In this document: positions 47,878 to 57,198 of the stretch, in pieces
Layout: every line of letters begins with the position of its first letter
How positions within the stretch are numbered: position 1 is the first letter of the stretch
Virus record (IMG/VR): IMGVR_UViG_3300017716_001697
Coordinates: 128,001 to 192,000 of that record
Source of the DNA: a virus
Lineage: Duplodnaviria; Caudoviricetes
DNA: 64,000 bases
Direction: 5' to 3' (one strand)
Notes under the pieces: generated by a model
Seen by the model: the letters and a program-made list of their open reading frames with translations, nothing else
Told to the model about the DNA's origin: nothing
Databases searched by the model: none
Position numbers and translations under genes: made by a program

Positions 47878-48499
47878 AATGAAATATGGTTGGCTACCTG
47901 CACACTGGGGTCTTAAGGGCAAGACACGGGAAGTTGCTAAGGCTGAATATGAGTTAGCGGGATACGATCTTGAATATCGTCTTCTAGAAATTAAGAAAGA
48001 TGAACTTTCTGAAAATGATTATGCACAGAAGCAAATCGATCTTTCGTTTAAACATGGTAAGATTACCAAGGCTGAGCAGATGCGTATGCTTGTTGCCCGC
48101 ATTACCGACGAAGGACAGAAGGCATTAGCATCTTTAGAACTTGATTACAAAGAAGGTTTCATAACAGACACCGAATATCAGAAACAAGCTGCTACACTCA
48201 AAGGCGAGCCGTGGGTAACAGTAATTAGTATGGACTTCGGTGGTCGTCAATCTCTAGAAGGTAGTTTTGAATTAGACTGGAATGATTTCTTTGTTGCAAA
48301 CTTAATTAAGGATGGCTACCAGGGCCCAACACCAGACAACATTGTGAACCAGTGGTTCATGACTGTATGCAAGAATGTCGCGCTAGAGGAATTCGACGGC
48401 ACGGGCAATTTCAACGCTGACGCGGATGCCAATTTCGAAACTATGAAACGTTGGAACTCTACGGAATCCTTAGACGGTGTTAGAAAAGGTTATAAATAA
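47858..48499 (+). CDS. phage hypothetical protein
   Basis: 213-aa ORF (start may be 47870). Confidence 0.75.
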   Translation: METNMFKMKYGWLPAHWGLKGKTREVAKAEYELAGYDLEYRLLEIKKDELSENDYAQKQIDLSFKHGKITKAEQMRMLVARITDEGQKALASLELDYKEGFITDTEYQKQAATLKGEPWVTVISMDFGGRQSLEGSFELDWNDFFVANLIKDGYQGPTPDNIVNQWFMTVCKNVALEEFDGTGNFNADADANFETMKRWNSTESLDGVRKGYK

Positions 48500-48759
48500 T
48501 GTGTCATATTCAAACATATTACACTATGAAACGTCGTCGCGGTGGCGAAACCCTAACACCGCGCAATAAGTTGCTATGGCATAGAATGCATTCCTGCCCC
48601 GGCAATGTACACCATAAAGTTCCGCGTGCAAAAATCATTTTCAATCGCCGAGTCAAATATGGTCATGCGTGTTACGTCATGTACTGGCGTTCACACCACG
48701 GGGAGTATCTAGCAATGAAATCCTTTACCGCTAGACCTAGAGTTAAAACTGTAGTATAA
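48499..48759 (+). CDS. basic hypothetical protein
   Basis: TAATG coupling; Arg/His-rich. Confidence 0.5.
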   Translation: MCHIQTYYTMKRRRGGETLTPRNKLLWHRMHSCPGNVHHKVPRAKIIFNRRVKYGHACYVMYWRSHHGEYLAMKSFTARPRVKTVV

Positions 48760-48771
48760 TTACAACATAAG

Positions 48772-49818
48772 ATGACAAAACCACATACATTTATTCACAC
48801 TGACGGACAGAATTTATTTCATCGTCAAATTAATATGACTAATCCAGCGTTAGGATTAGACAGTGCTATCGGAATGGCACTTCATATGATTCTGTATAGC
48901 ATGAAAAAGGAGTGGAATAGATTCGGTGGAACCCACTGTGTATTCTATATGGAAGGGTATTCATGGCGTAAGCATGTGTATCCACCATACAAGGCAAATC
49001 GTGTCGTAGCTGCGCAATCACTTACAGAACAGGAACAGGAAAATAAAGAAATCCTGCAAGGTGCATTCGATGATCTGGTATCCTTTATTAACGAAGGTAC
49101 CAATATTACTGTTCTAAGGAATCCTAAGGCCGAAGCTGATGATATGATTGCAATTTTCATCGAAGCTCACCCCGATGATAATCATGTCCTGATTAGTTCA
49201 GACTCTGATTTCTATCAACTGTTGCGCTTTCCTAATCTTACAATCTATGATCCGGTGAAAGATATCAGAATTACTCGCGACGGAATCCATGACGATCACG
49301 GTAAACGTCTTGCGTTTGCTGTTGATTCCACAGCTAAGATTAAGGTAGGTAAACCAGATCCCAATTTCACTGTTGATCCGGATTGGTACAATTATGCACT
49401 ATTTCTAAAATGTGTGCGTGGTGATAAGACTGATAATATCTTTAGCGCATATCCTGGTGTTCGTGAAAAAGGTACTAAATCATCAGTGGGCATTCGTGAA
49501 TGCTACAACGACACAAACAAGGGCTATGCATGGAACAACTTCATGCGTCAGAAATGGGTAGACGAGAATTCAATTGAACAGGAAGTGAAAAATTGTTACG
49601 AACGTAACAAGCTTCTTATTGATCTTTCCCAAATTCCCACAGACGTGAAAGAAGAGTGTCTAACTGTCATTGCAGAAACAACTGATCGAAAAAATGTTCC
49701 GGCACTCACAATAGGTACTGGTTTTATGAAATTCTGCGGACGTTGGGCACTAAAGAAGATCGGCGACAATTCAGCAGATTTCATGCCAATGTTGAAATCA
49801 AAATACAGTAACGAATAA
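48772..49818 (+). CDS. 5'-3' exonuclease / T4 RNase H-like flap nuclease
   Basis: DGQNLFHR, EADDMIA, SSDSDFYQL, GDKTDNI acidic motifs. Confidence 0.92.
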   Translation: MTKPHTFIHTDGQNLFHRQINMTNPALGLDSAIGMALHMILYSMKKEWNRFGGTHCVFYMEGYSWRKHVYPPYKANRVVAAQSLTEQEQENKEILQGAFDDLVSFINEGTNITVLRNPKAEADDMIAIFIEAHPDDNHVLISSDSDFYQLLRFPNLTIYDPVKDIRITRDGIHDDHGKRLAFAVDSTAKIKVGKPDPNFTVDPDWYNYALFLKCVRGDKTDNIFSAYPGVREKGTKSSVGIRECYNDTNKGYAWNNFMRQKWVDENSIEQEVKNCYERNKLLIDLSQIPTDVKEECLTVIAETTDRKNVPALTIGTGFMKFCGRWALKKIGDNSADFMPMLKSKYSNE

Positions 49819-49819
49819 A

Positions 49820-50065
49820 ATGACAACACTAAAATGGATATGCTGCTGGTTATTCTTTTATTCTGGTGACATTGCATCACGAATAATGGTGCGGCGCGCC
49901 GATGATGAGAAATGGTGCGACTTCTGGTATCAAATATATAATGAATGTATGTTGTTATCCAGCAACATACAGGATGATGCCGGTCGAGATCCAAACAAAT
50001 GTGCTGATGTCACGGGCTGGCCGTGGTCGCTGATTAACGAAAAAAAGGAAAATGAATGTCCGTGA
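49820..50065 (+). CDS. hypothetical protein
   Basis: Coupled ORF. Confidence 0.6.
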   Translation: MTTLKWICCWLFFYSGDIASRIMVRRADDEKWCDFWYQIYNECMLLSSNIQDDAGRDPNKCADVTGWPWSLINEKKENECP

Positions 50066-50553
50066 AATTAAAACCTATTACCGAAACATCGTGGCTTGTT
50101 ATCGGGGACACTGACGAAATCCGTATCGGATTGTTAACTGAAATTAGAAATCAGTATGTGTTAATGGTAGCTGGCGCAAAACAACAATTCCTTGACAGGA
50201 AGGCAGTAAACAAATACTTCGAAGAAGATGTATTTGGGAATATTGCAGAACCGGTTGCTCAGACAGATACTAAGAAAGATTATTTTATTAACGGTTATCC
50301 AGTTGACTTTGATAACCCTAGTGAAGTGCTAATCAAAGGTAATACGTTACCACTGTTTAGTAAGAAATCAACCAGCGATGTATATTACAGTGCCGGGTAT
50401 TATTGCCTAAACTTCCCTAAGAATTGGATGCCTGCATATTGCCCTAAGTTGTCTACTCTAGGTACATATGAATATGCAGGGCCATTTAAAACTGAAATTG
50501 AAATGCGCTCAAGTCTTACTCGCCTACGGAAAGATAAGAATTTAAAGAAATGA
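50056..50553 (+). CDS. phage hypothetical protein
   Basis: AAGGA RBS; 165 aa. Confidence 0.75.
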   Translation: MSVKLKPITETSWLVIGDTDEIRIGLLTEIRNQYVLMVAGAKQQFLDRKAVNKYFEEDVFGNIAEPVAQTDTKKDYFINGYPVDFDNPSEVLIKGNTLPLFSKKSTSDVYYSAGYYCLNFPKNWMPAYCPKLSTLGTYEYAGPFKTEIEMRSSLTRLRKDKNLKK

Positions 50554-50753
50554 GTGAAATTGCTAAACTACGACAACGCTTATCAAATGTAAATAAGCGA
50601 GTCACTGAATATAGGATGACAGTCGATGAAGCTAAAGCTTTGTTGAAGGAAATTGATACTGTCACTGAAGAACAAAAACAAGAACCACCTCAAGTGGTTG
50701 TCAATGAACCCGCTATTATAACTAGAATAATGGATGGCGGCGCTTTTGAATAA
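50550..50753 (+). CDS. hypothetical protein
   Basis: ATGA overlap. Confidence 0.65.
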   Translation: MSEIAKLRQRLSNVNKRVTEYRMTVDEAKALLKEIDTVTEEQKQEPPQVVVNEPAIITRIMDGGAFE

Positions 50754-50775
50754 GCCCTTCGGGGCTTATTTTTTG
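50749..50775. terminator. terminator between convergent genes, UUCG loop
   Basis: AATAAGCCC-TTCG-GGGCTTATT followed by T5. Confidence 0.85.
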
Positions 50776-51017
50776 GCCGGTAAAACGCTTATAGAAAGTT
50801 TAGGTCTACTCTTGTGCAAGCTGTTTGCTGCAATCAATGCTGACTTTTCTGTAGCAAATGGTTTAATCTTACCACCAGATTTCCATGGATTACCGTTAAT
50901 GGTAATGTAGTAGTTAAGCGGTATCTCTGCAACAGTTGGTTTAACTTCAGCACGATTATCTTGCTGGTCTAGCCATAGCTGATTTACCCTACCTTCGGTT
51001 ATTTCTGTTAATTTCAT
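50766..51017 (-). CDS. late small protein (MKLTEITE N-terminus)
   Basis: Minus-strand GATAAATA lies 5 nt upstream of the ATG. Confidence 0.75.
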   Translation of the reverse strand: MKLTEITEGRVNQLWLDQQDNRAEVKPTVAEIPLNYYITINGNPWKSGGKIKPFATEKSALIAANSLHKSRPKLSISVLPAKK

Positions 51018-51022
51018 AGTAG

Positions 51023-51062
51023 TATTTATCTCAATTCAATAAACTGGTATATTTGATAAATA
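51023..51062. promoter_or_regulatory. back-to-back GATAAATA late-type promoters
   Basis: Minus-strand copy at 51023-51030, plus-strand copy at 51055-51062. Confidence 0.7.
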
Positions 51063-51089
51063 TATGTATACTTATTGGAGATACAGTAA

Positions 51090-51380
51090 ATGGCGCGTCC
51101 AAAACCCACAATAATCCTTGAACACGTTGATTCAAAGACATACAAGGCTGAACAAATTCTCGAAGCTGAATCAGTCTATGCTGTATTCTACCAGGGTAAA
51201 CCTATCAACCTACGTACACTGAGTCATCTTATTTCTTACCCTGGCCCAAAGTACAAGAAGGTCAGTTTTTCTAATTCCGGGCACGCATTTAATTTGGCAG
51301 ATCGCCTAAATAAACAATTCAAAACTGATGAATTCAAAGTATTTAGGCTTGATGTAGGTACACTGTGTATTGAGAATTAA
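51090..51380 (+). CDS. phage hypothetical protein
   Basis: Late promoter and GGAG RBS. Confidence 0.8.
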   Translation: MARPKPTIILEHVDSKTYKAEQILEAESVYAVFYQGKPINLRTLSHLISYPGPKYKKVSFSNSGHAFNLADRLNKQFKTDEFKVFRLDVGTLCIEN

Positions 51381-52573
51381 TTATCAACTAGTATTAATTG
51401 ATAGCTGCATGTTATGATGGTGTTGTTTGCATCTGCGAAGCAGCGTACATCGATATCCCCGCGTGCCGGAATAGCTAACGGCACGTTAAAATCATTCCTA
51501 TAATGACCGTTTACTACTTCGGCAACATGCACACCTACAAATGGTCCATTATACTGGCGTACATACATTCTTATCTGTGTACCTATATTACCTGACCCAC
51601 TGCGGAAACTAGTAGCATCGCCAAATAATATATAACCAGTCTTATTTCTAGGTATGGTATATTGACTTAATTTAGTCATTCCCATATTAGGTGCAATGTG
51701 TGCAACAACTGTTCCGCCTGCCGACGATATACGAAATAATATATCACCAATGTTGGCAACAGTGGTTACTGAACTAGTGATAACTCCCGAATATATTCTT
51801 ATCCAAGATTTAGTAGTTACTACGGTGCTAGTACCATTTAGTATGATTGTTTCTGATTGCATGTCGTAATTGGCATCTAAACCCTGTATGACAATATTTT
51901 GACTAATATCAGCGACATTATTACTTGCTATATATAACGGTGAAGCCACAGTCCATGCACCAAATGGATATAGTCCCCCTTCTACCCATATGCTTGTTTC
52001 TACATCCTGGTTTACATCGGGATTATAACCGTTTCGTGTAACGATTGCCTGTCCAGTTAGTATACCACGTGCTAGATTCATTTCATAGTCACTGTCTGCA
52101 ATTATTAAATCTGTTGTAGAACTTGCTACTGTCCACGGTCCGGATTGAGTTACTGCGAGTGTACCATTTACTGTTTGGGTGGCAGGAAAATTACTTACTG
52201 ATACCGCTCCACTAATGGGCTGTGTTGCTTGCCAGAATGTACCAGTGACTGCTTGGGTAGCAGGGAAATTGCTTATCGATAGTGCCCCATTTACTGTCTG
52301 TGTAGCAGGGAAATTGCTTATCGATACTGATCCACCGATAGGCATATATGGGACAGCCAATATTCCACTTGTACCTATCTCACTAACATGAGTATGTACA
52401 GGATTAGTAGGTGTGCTTTCAACTTGAACTACTGTGCCTACATTGACACTGCCCGTAATGGTAATGGCATCACTACCCAGATTGACACGTAATTCTGGCT
52501 CCCCTGTTGTTACATTAAATTGTAATGCACTATGTATATTATCGGGGCGGTTAAATGTAGGCGATGTTGCCAT
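51377..52573 (-). CDS. probable virion structural protein with SISNFPATQ repeats
   Basis: Three SxSNFPATQ(T/A)V repeats; 25-nt direct repeat at 52257-52281 and 52302-52326. Confidence 0.7.
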   Translation of the reverse strand: MATSPTFNRPDNIHSALQFNVTTGEPELRVNLGSDAITITGSVNVGTVVQVESTPTNPVHTHVSEIGTSGILAVPYMPIGGSVSISNFPATQTVNGALSISNFPATQAVTGTFWQATQPISGAVSVSNFPATQTVNGTLAVTQSGPWTVASSTTDLIIADSDYEMNLARGILTGQAIVTRNGYNPDVNQDVETSIWVEGGLYPFGAWTVASPLYIASNNVADISQNIVIQGLDANYDMQSETIILNGTSTVVTTKSWIRIYSGVITSSVTTVANIGDILFRISSAGGTVVAHIAPNMGMTKLSQYTIPRNKTGYILFGDATSFRSGSGNIGTQIRMYVRQYNGPFVGVHVAEVVNGHYRNDFNVPLAIPARGDIDVRCFADANNTIITCSYQLILVDN

Positions 52574-52582
52574 GCTATTCTC

Positions 52583-52936
52583 CTAGAGTGTAAAACATTC
52601 CGGATGGGCCTTCCCGAAGCGTCTCATAATCACGCCAGCTATCGCATTGGCTTGATTTTCTGTCTCGGATCCGTCTGATCCATCCATTTCTTGATTTTCT
52701 AATCTTTGTTTCCAGTGCACAAGTTCGTGGGCAAGTGTTCTGTAGATATCCATTGGGTGCCTGCCTGCAGTTACTACCTGCAAGGAATCGCCTGCAAATT
52801 CACCAAAAGATGATCCGCCACCAACTGGCTCGCTAACAAACTCAATGGACGGTAATTCGTTGATGTCTAACTCGTCCTTGCACAGTTCAAGGAATCGTGA
52901 TGTCATATTTTCTAATAGTACTTCTTTTAATTTCAT
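52583..52936 (-). CDS. HExxH zinc metallopeptidase-like late protein
   Basis: RTLAHELVHWKQ...E.QANA; MKLKEVLLE N-terminus; GATAAATA 5 nt upstream (52942-52949). Confidence 0.75.
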   Translation of the reverse strand: MKLKEVLLENMTSRFLELCKDELDINELPSIEFVSEPVGGGSSFGEFAGDSLQVVTAGRHPMDIYRTLAHELVHWKQRLENQEMDGSDGSETENQANAIAGVIMRRFGKAHPECFTL

Positions 52937-52962
52937 ACACGTATTTATCCTAAATTTGATTA

Positions 52963-52991
52963 TTGACTTGTATTTTGTAACATGCTATACT
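52963..52991 (+). promoter_or_regulatory. sigma70-type promoter, probable leaderless transcript
   Basis: TTGACT-N17-TATACT, 5 nt before ATG 52997. Confidence 0.8.
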
Positions 52992-52996
52992 ACAGC

Positions 52997-53221
52997 ATGA
53001 GTATATTCTTAGAGCAGGTTTCATTTTTTGGTGCAATAATAGGTTCTTTGTTGATAGCACTGAACTTGCCTATTAGTGGATGGGCATTCGTCCCATTTAT
53101 GTTATCCAATGTAGCATCTATAATTATTTTGAAGAGTACAGATGCACCAAAGGTAATAACATATCAGGCCTGGTGGTTTGTAGTGATTAACTGTGTCGGT
53201 ATATTTCGATGGCTGGTATAA
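52997..53221 (+). CDS. small three-TM membrane protein
   Basis: Hydrophobic throughout; start set downstream of the -10 box. Confidence 0.7.
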   Translation: MSIFLEQVSFFGAIIGSLLIALNLPISGWAFVPFMLSNVASIIILKSTDAPKVITYQAWWFVVINCVGIFRWLV

Positions 53222-53228
53222 ATAACAT

Positions 53229-53579
53229 ATGGGATCGCTAAAAGCTGCTATATTTGACGAAGTCAGGGCGCATCACGAAAAGTCTGCGAACCATACTGAT
53301 GAGCAACTTAATCAGTTGATATTTCATCATGGTAGTGGTTTAAGATTAACATTCCCTGGCTTCTTAATTTTAAAGAATATATTTACTGTCTATAGCTTTG
53401 AGATGGACTGTGAATTAAAGGCTAGGCACCAAATTGGTATGTCCAAAATGGAATATCCATATTATATGACTTCGAAGCGTTTAATATTGTTTTCAGAAAT
53501 GGATTCAATGGTTATAAAATTGCACGGTGGCATAAAAGGATTCTTAGAGACATGTTTTAACATGGATAGAGATGAGTAA
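53229..53579 (+). CDS. phage hypothetical protein
   Basis: TATAAATA at 53217-53224, 4 nt upstream. Confidence 0.75.
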   Translation: MGSLKAAIFDEVRAHHEKSANHTDEQLNQLIFHHGSGLRLTFPGFLILKNIFTVYSFEMDCELKARHQIGMSKMEYPYYMTSKRLILFSEMDSMVIKLHGGIKGFLETCFNMDRDE

Positions 53580-54027
53580 AGAAGACACACGCGACATTGA
53601 TAGATTTTACGAAGCACTTACGGAGAATAAACAATATGTTCATCACCGTGGCCCACCTACGCTATCGCGGTATGGGAAGACTGTACAATCTAACTGGTAC
53701 TGTGCCTATAGAAAGACTGGTCAGGATATTGAATACAGAAATGCCGAGGGTGAATTACACAGAATATATGGCCCTGCTTATATCGGTGTGGCGTACAAAT
53801 TTGAAGAATGGTACAAAGACGGCGAATATCATAGAGAAGGTGGCCCAGCAGTAACCACAACAGATGCGCAGTATTGGTTCTATGAAGGCAATTTTCATAG
53901 ACTAGATGGACCTGCGGTTGTTAAGAAAGGTCATCCTAAATTATTCTTCATCCACGGGCAGAAATTATCACCTAAAGAATACAAGAAAGAAATTGACCGC
54001 AGAAGGCGGCGTGGCTTAATTAAATGA
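53572..54027 (+). CDS. HRxxGPA-repeat protein
   Basis: LHRIYGPA, YHREGGPA, FHRLDGPA repeats. Confidence 0.8.
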   Translation: MSKEDTRDIDRFYEALTENKQYVHHRGPPTLSRYGKTVQSNWYCAYRKTGQDIEYRNAEGELHRIYGPAYIGVAYKFEEWYKDGEYHREGGPAVTTTDAQYWFYEGNFHRLDGPAVVKKGHPKLFFIHGQKLSPKEYKKEIDRRRRRGLIK

Positions 54028-54242
54028 TTAACGAAGAAATGACCGTGATGGGACTGAAATACAATGTTAGAAAGAATTTCCACGGGTATACGTACTTCAA
54101 GGACAGCGGCTGGAGAATGATTGCAATGTATGATGAATATGGTCAGCCTGTCCCGGAAGACCTGTGGAACAGCATAATGACAGCATCAATAATTGCATCT
54201 CAGTCAGCATATCAACAAAAGAAGAATGAAAAATTCACTTAA
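54024..54242 (+). CDS. hypothetical protein
   Basis: ATGA overlap. Confidence 0.6.
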   Translation: MINEEMTVMGLKYNVRKNFHGYTYFKDSGWRMIAMYDEYGQPVPEDLWNSIMTASIIASQSAYQQKKNEKFT

Positions 54243-55158
54243 AACATTAGAACCAAATTTAGTTGGCAGAGATTTTGTCATAGGCGATCTTCACGGCTGC
54301 TTTTCTGCATTTAAAAATCTGACCAGGAACCTTAATTTTAATCCTGAGGTTGACCGCATTATTTCTGTAGGTGATTTAGTTGATAGAGGGCACGATAGTG
54401 TGAGTTGTTTATCGCTTATACGCGAGCCATGGTTTCATTCTGTGTTGGCCAATCACGAAATGATGATGCTTGACTGTTTCTTCGGTGATGGTTCCAATGG
54501 CGGCGATATGTGGTTTTCCAATGGCGGCGATTGGGCAATGGAGGCACACAATGATTACCAATCTACATATGTAACACGTAATGGCAGAATACCCACAGAC
54601 AAGAGCATGGAGATAATTGATCTACTACCGCTTGTGAATCAATTACCATATCTCATCACAGTTAATACTAAGTCTGGGAAAAAGTTTCATATCATCCATG
54701 CTGAATTTATGCCAACAGCAACAATAACTGATGAATTACTAACGGATCCTGCACAGGTTATAAAATTTGCAAACATGGTAGATATAGAGGGGCCGTGTAT
54801 ATTGTGGGCAAGGAAGATGTTTGACGCATTCAATTACGAAAATCTTCAAGAAACAAAGTGGATTAAACGTGTGGTAAAGCGGACACCACATCCGTATAAC
54901 GATAAACTATCACATATTATTTCGGGACACACTATATTGCAGCGGCCAATGACCATTTTGGGTCAAACCAATATAGATACAGCAGCAACAGATTCGTACT
55001 GGGGTCCTATAATCCCGTACGGTCGGAATCGTACAAAACCACGCAACTGGGCAGCATTAACATGTGTGGAACTCGATACATGGAAATTCTATCAGGCCAC
55101 AGAAACTACGTTTAAAGAAGTGGAACCACTTGTAATTAACGAAGAAGATATAGTATGA
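54226..55158 (+). CDS. calcineurin-like metallophosphoesterase (lambda NinI-type Ser/Thr phosphatase-like)
   Basis: GDLHG, GDLVDRG, ANHE (GNHE variant), HAE, SGHT. Confidence 0.9.
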   Translation: MKNSLKTLEPNLVGRDFVIGDLHGCFSAFKNLTRNLNFNPEVDRIISVGDLVDRGHDSVSCLSLIREPWFHSVLANHEMMMLDCFFGDGSNGGDMWFSNGGDWAMEAHNDYQSTYVTRNGRIPTDKSMEIIDLLPLVNQLPYLITVNTKSGKKFHIIHAEFMPTATITDELLTDPAQVIKFANMVDIEGPCILWARKMFDAFNYENLQETKWIKRVVKRTPHPYNDKLSHIISGHTILQRPMTILGQTNIDTAATDSYWGPIIPYGRNRTKPRNWAALTCVELDTWKFYQATETTFKEVEPLVINEEDIV

Positions 55159-55370
55159 CGGAATCCATGGTGACCGATTATGTTCATATAGGTTTTACAG
55201 GTACCTTGTATCATCCTCTATATCTGCGTACTCCTGGTGCGTGGGTTCTTGCCAACGCAGAAGATCCCGAAATACACCTCTCCGGTTTCTATACCACTGA
55301 CCAGATGGCAAGAATATGTAAAATTGATGACGAAGAGCTTGTTTTCATTAAGTTAAAATATAGCTGCTAA
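55155..55370 (+). CDS. small protein, divergent F/IKLKY family member
   Basis: DDEELVFIKLKY. Confidence 0.6.
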   Translation: MTESMVTDYVHIGFTGTLYHPLYLRTPGAWVLANAEDPEIHLSGFYTTDQMARICKIDDEELVFIKLKYSC

Positions 55371-55374
55371 CCTG

Positions 55375-55402
55375 TTGACTGTATCCCTGCACCTGTTATA
55401 AT
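55375..55402 (+). promoter_or_regulatory. sigma70-type promoter
   Basis: TTGACT-N16-TATAAT with TG extension; AGGAG RBS follows. Confidence 0.75.
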
Positions 55403-55419
55403 ACAGTATAGGAGCATAT

Positions 55420-55626
55420 ATGCAAGTAGATAAAGTCCGTGGTGTGCAGGTTGCCGAAGTAACTCCTGTGCATGTCATTCATAAATTAGCAACAAACGAT
55501 CCACGCGATGAATGGAAGAAGGCGCTGAGTCTCCCCGTCATTCATCCAAAGATTGTACACGACGATTTCTACGGACCAAACGGCAAATTAATTCGTACCT
55601 CATCTTCATTTAGCGTAACTGTATAG
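55420..55626 (+). CDS. hypothetical protein
   Basis: AGGAG RBS. Confidence 0.65.
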   Translation: MQVDKVRGVQVAEVTPVHVIHKLATNDPRDEWKKALSLPVIHPKIVHDDFYGPNGKLIRTSSSFSVTV

Positions 55627-55633
55627 GAATATC

Positions 55634-56596
55634 ATGATCTGGGAAAATGTAAAGGTAGTGCAGAGCACTGATGAAAATGTAAAGAAGTTTATCTTTACGA
55701 ATGAACTTAATGACAAAGGCGTCGCAGAAGCGGTGCTGTACAAGTATCCTACATATGCAGACCGCACTGTAATTTGTTGCAGCACACAATCCGGCTGTCC
55801 TGTCGGATGTCGTTTCTGCGGCACCGGCAACTTTTTCATCCGCTCACTGACAGCAGATGAAATTGTAGACCAAGTTAAAACATTAATGGATACAACTGGT
55901 GTCAAATCCGAAGATATGGGTCGCCTGCAAATCATGTTCATGAGCATGGGTGAACCACTGTTGAATAAACAAGGGCTCGTAGGGGCACTGCGCCAACTGC
56001 ATGCCTTGTACCCAACCGCGGCATTGTTAATTAGTACATCAGCACCAGATGTCGACTATTCATGGGTACGTCGTATTTCGGCAGAGATTCCTACAGTCGG
56101 ATTACAATTCAGTGTTCACGAGAGCACAGATGCCGCTCGTGACGAACTGGTCCCATTCAAGGCTAAACTCAATCTTGAGCAAATTGCTGAAGAAGGTGAT
56201 TTGTGGTATGGCGCAACCGGTCGTCAACCATTCTTCAATTACTGCGCACACGACAAAAATACATCCGACGAAGATGCACTGCGTTTAGTTGAATTGTTTG
56301 ACCCAAAGATTTGGCAAGCAACAGTTTCTGTTATCTGTGAGCAGGACGAATCCGTTGCCGCAGCAAATCAGCGCCAACGAGAACTTGCCAACACATTCAT
56401 GGGAAAATTGTTGAATCATGGATTCTCAGTTCGTTGTTTTGACCCGGCAGGGCAAGATGACATTGGTGGTGGTTGCGGACAACTGTGGTATGTGCAAGAC
56501 TACGCTAAAAATCACCCGGAAATCACTAAGAAATCGTGTGGCTCGGGTAAGAATAAGGTGCATGCACCACGTGTTATCGAGATTGTACCGGTGTAG
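55634..56596 (+). CDS. RlmN/Cfr-family radical SAM RNA methyltransferase-like protein
   Basis: ICCSTQSGCPVGCRFC, FMSMGEP, QFSVH, DIGGGCGQL. Confidence 0.88.
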   Translation: MIWENVKVVQSTDENVKKFIFTNELNDKGVAEAVLYKYPTYADRTVICCSTQSGCPVGCRFCGTGNFFIRSLTADEIVDQVKTLMDTTGVKSEDMGRLQIMFMSMGEPLLNKQGLVGALRQLHALYPTAALLISTSAPDVDYSWVRRISAEIPTVGLQFSVHESTDAARDELVPFKAKLNLEQIAEEGDLWYGATGRQPFFNYCAHDKNTSDEDALRLVELFDPKIWQATVSVICEQDESVAAANQRQRELANTFMGKLLNHGFSVRCFDPAGQDDIGGGCGQLWYVQDYAKNHPEITKKSCGSGKNKVHAPRVIEIVPV

Positions 56597-56597
56597 C

Positions 56598-56855
56598 ATG
56601 ACATATTATGTCTATATAGTTAAAGCGACACGCAAACCGTATCTGGTAAAGGAGGTTAATCCAGCGGATAACCCACATGCAGAAGCAGATAAAGTATATG
56701 CATCGTATAAGCTAATGTATGATGCAGGTATGGCAGTACCCGGTGTATCCGTTCAACTCATTACAGATGAGCATATCGAGCGTGTTAAGAATATAACAGT
56801 GGGTGGATTTGAAATTCACGGTATTAAAGTTATATACCAATGTGGAGGATGGTAA
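56598..56855 (+). CDS. hypothetical protein
   Basis: Start follows the previous stop. Confidence 0.6.
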   Translation: MTYYVYIVKATRKPYLVKEVNPADNPHAEADKVYASYKLMYDAGMAVPGVSVQLITDEHIERVKNITVGGFEIHGIKVIYQCGGW

Positions 56856-56856
56856 C

Positions 56857-57198
56857 ATGACAATAGGCTATCAATCAATTCTACGCATTCGCAGAGTAGA
56901 AGAGCATGCAAATAAATTAGGATTTAGATTCGCATATTGCAGACACGGATCCAGGGAAAATGATGTGATTGCATTGTATCCCAAGGATGATGCAATGCCA
57001 GATTACCACCGAGATGCCGAATTGTTTATAGGCGATTTAGATAACGTGGAATCATTTTTGCGCGGTATGGATTTTACGACAAATTATTATAAGATACTTC
57101 GCGTAGTGTCTGATAAGAAAGTAACACATGCGGAAAATTTAACACGGCAGCGACAGTTAATCGATAAGCTAAAAGGCGAAGAACCTAAGGTAATATGA
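56857..57198 (+). CDS. hypothetical protein
   Basis: GGAGG RBS before ATG 56857. Confidence 0.7.
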   Translation: MTIGYQSILRIRRVEEHANKLGFRFAYCRHGSRENDVIALYPKDDAMPDYHRDAELFIGDLDNVESFLRGMDFTTNYYKILRVVSDKKVTHAENLTRQRQLIDKLKGEEPKVI

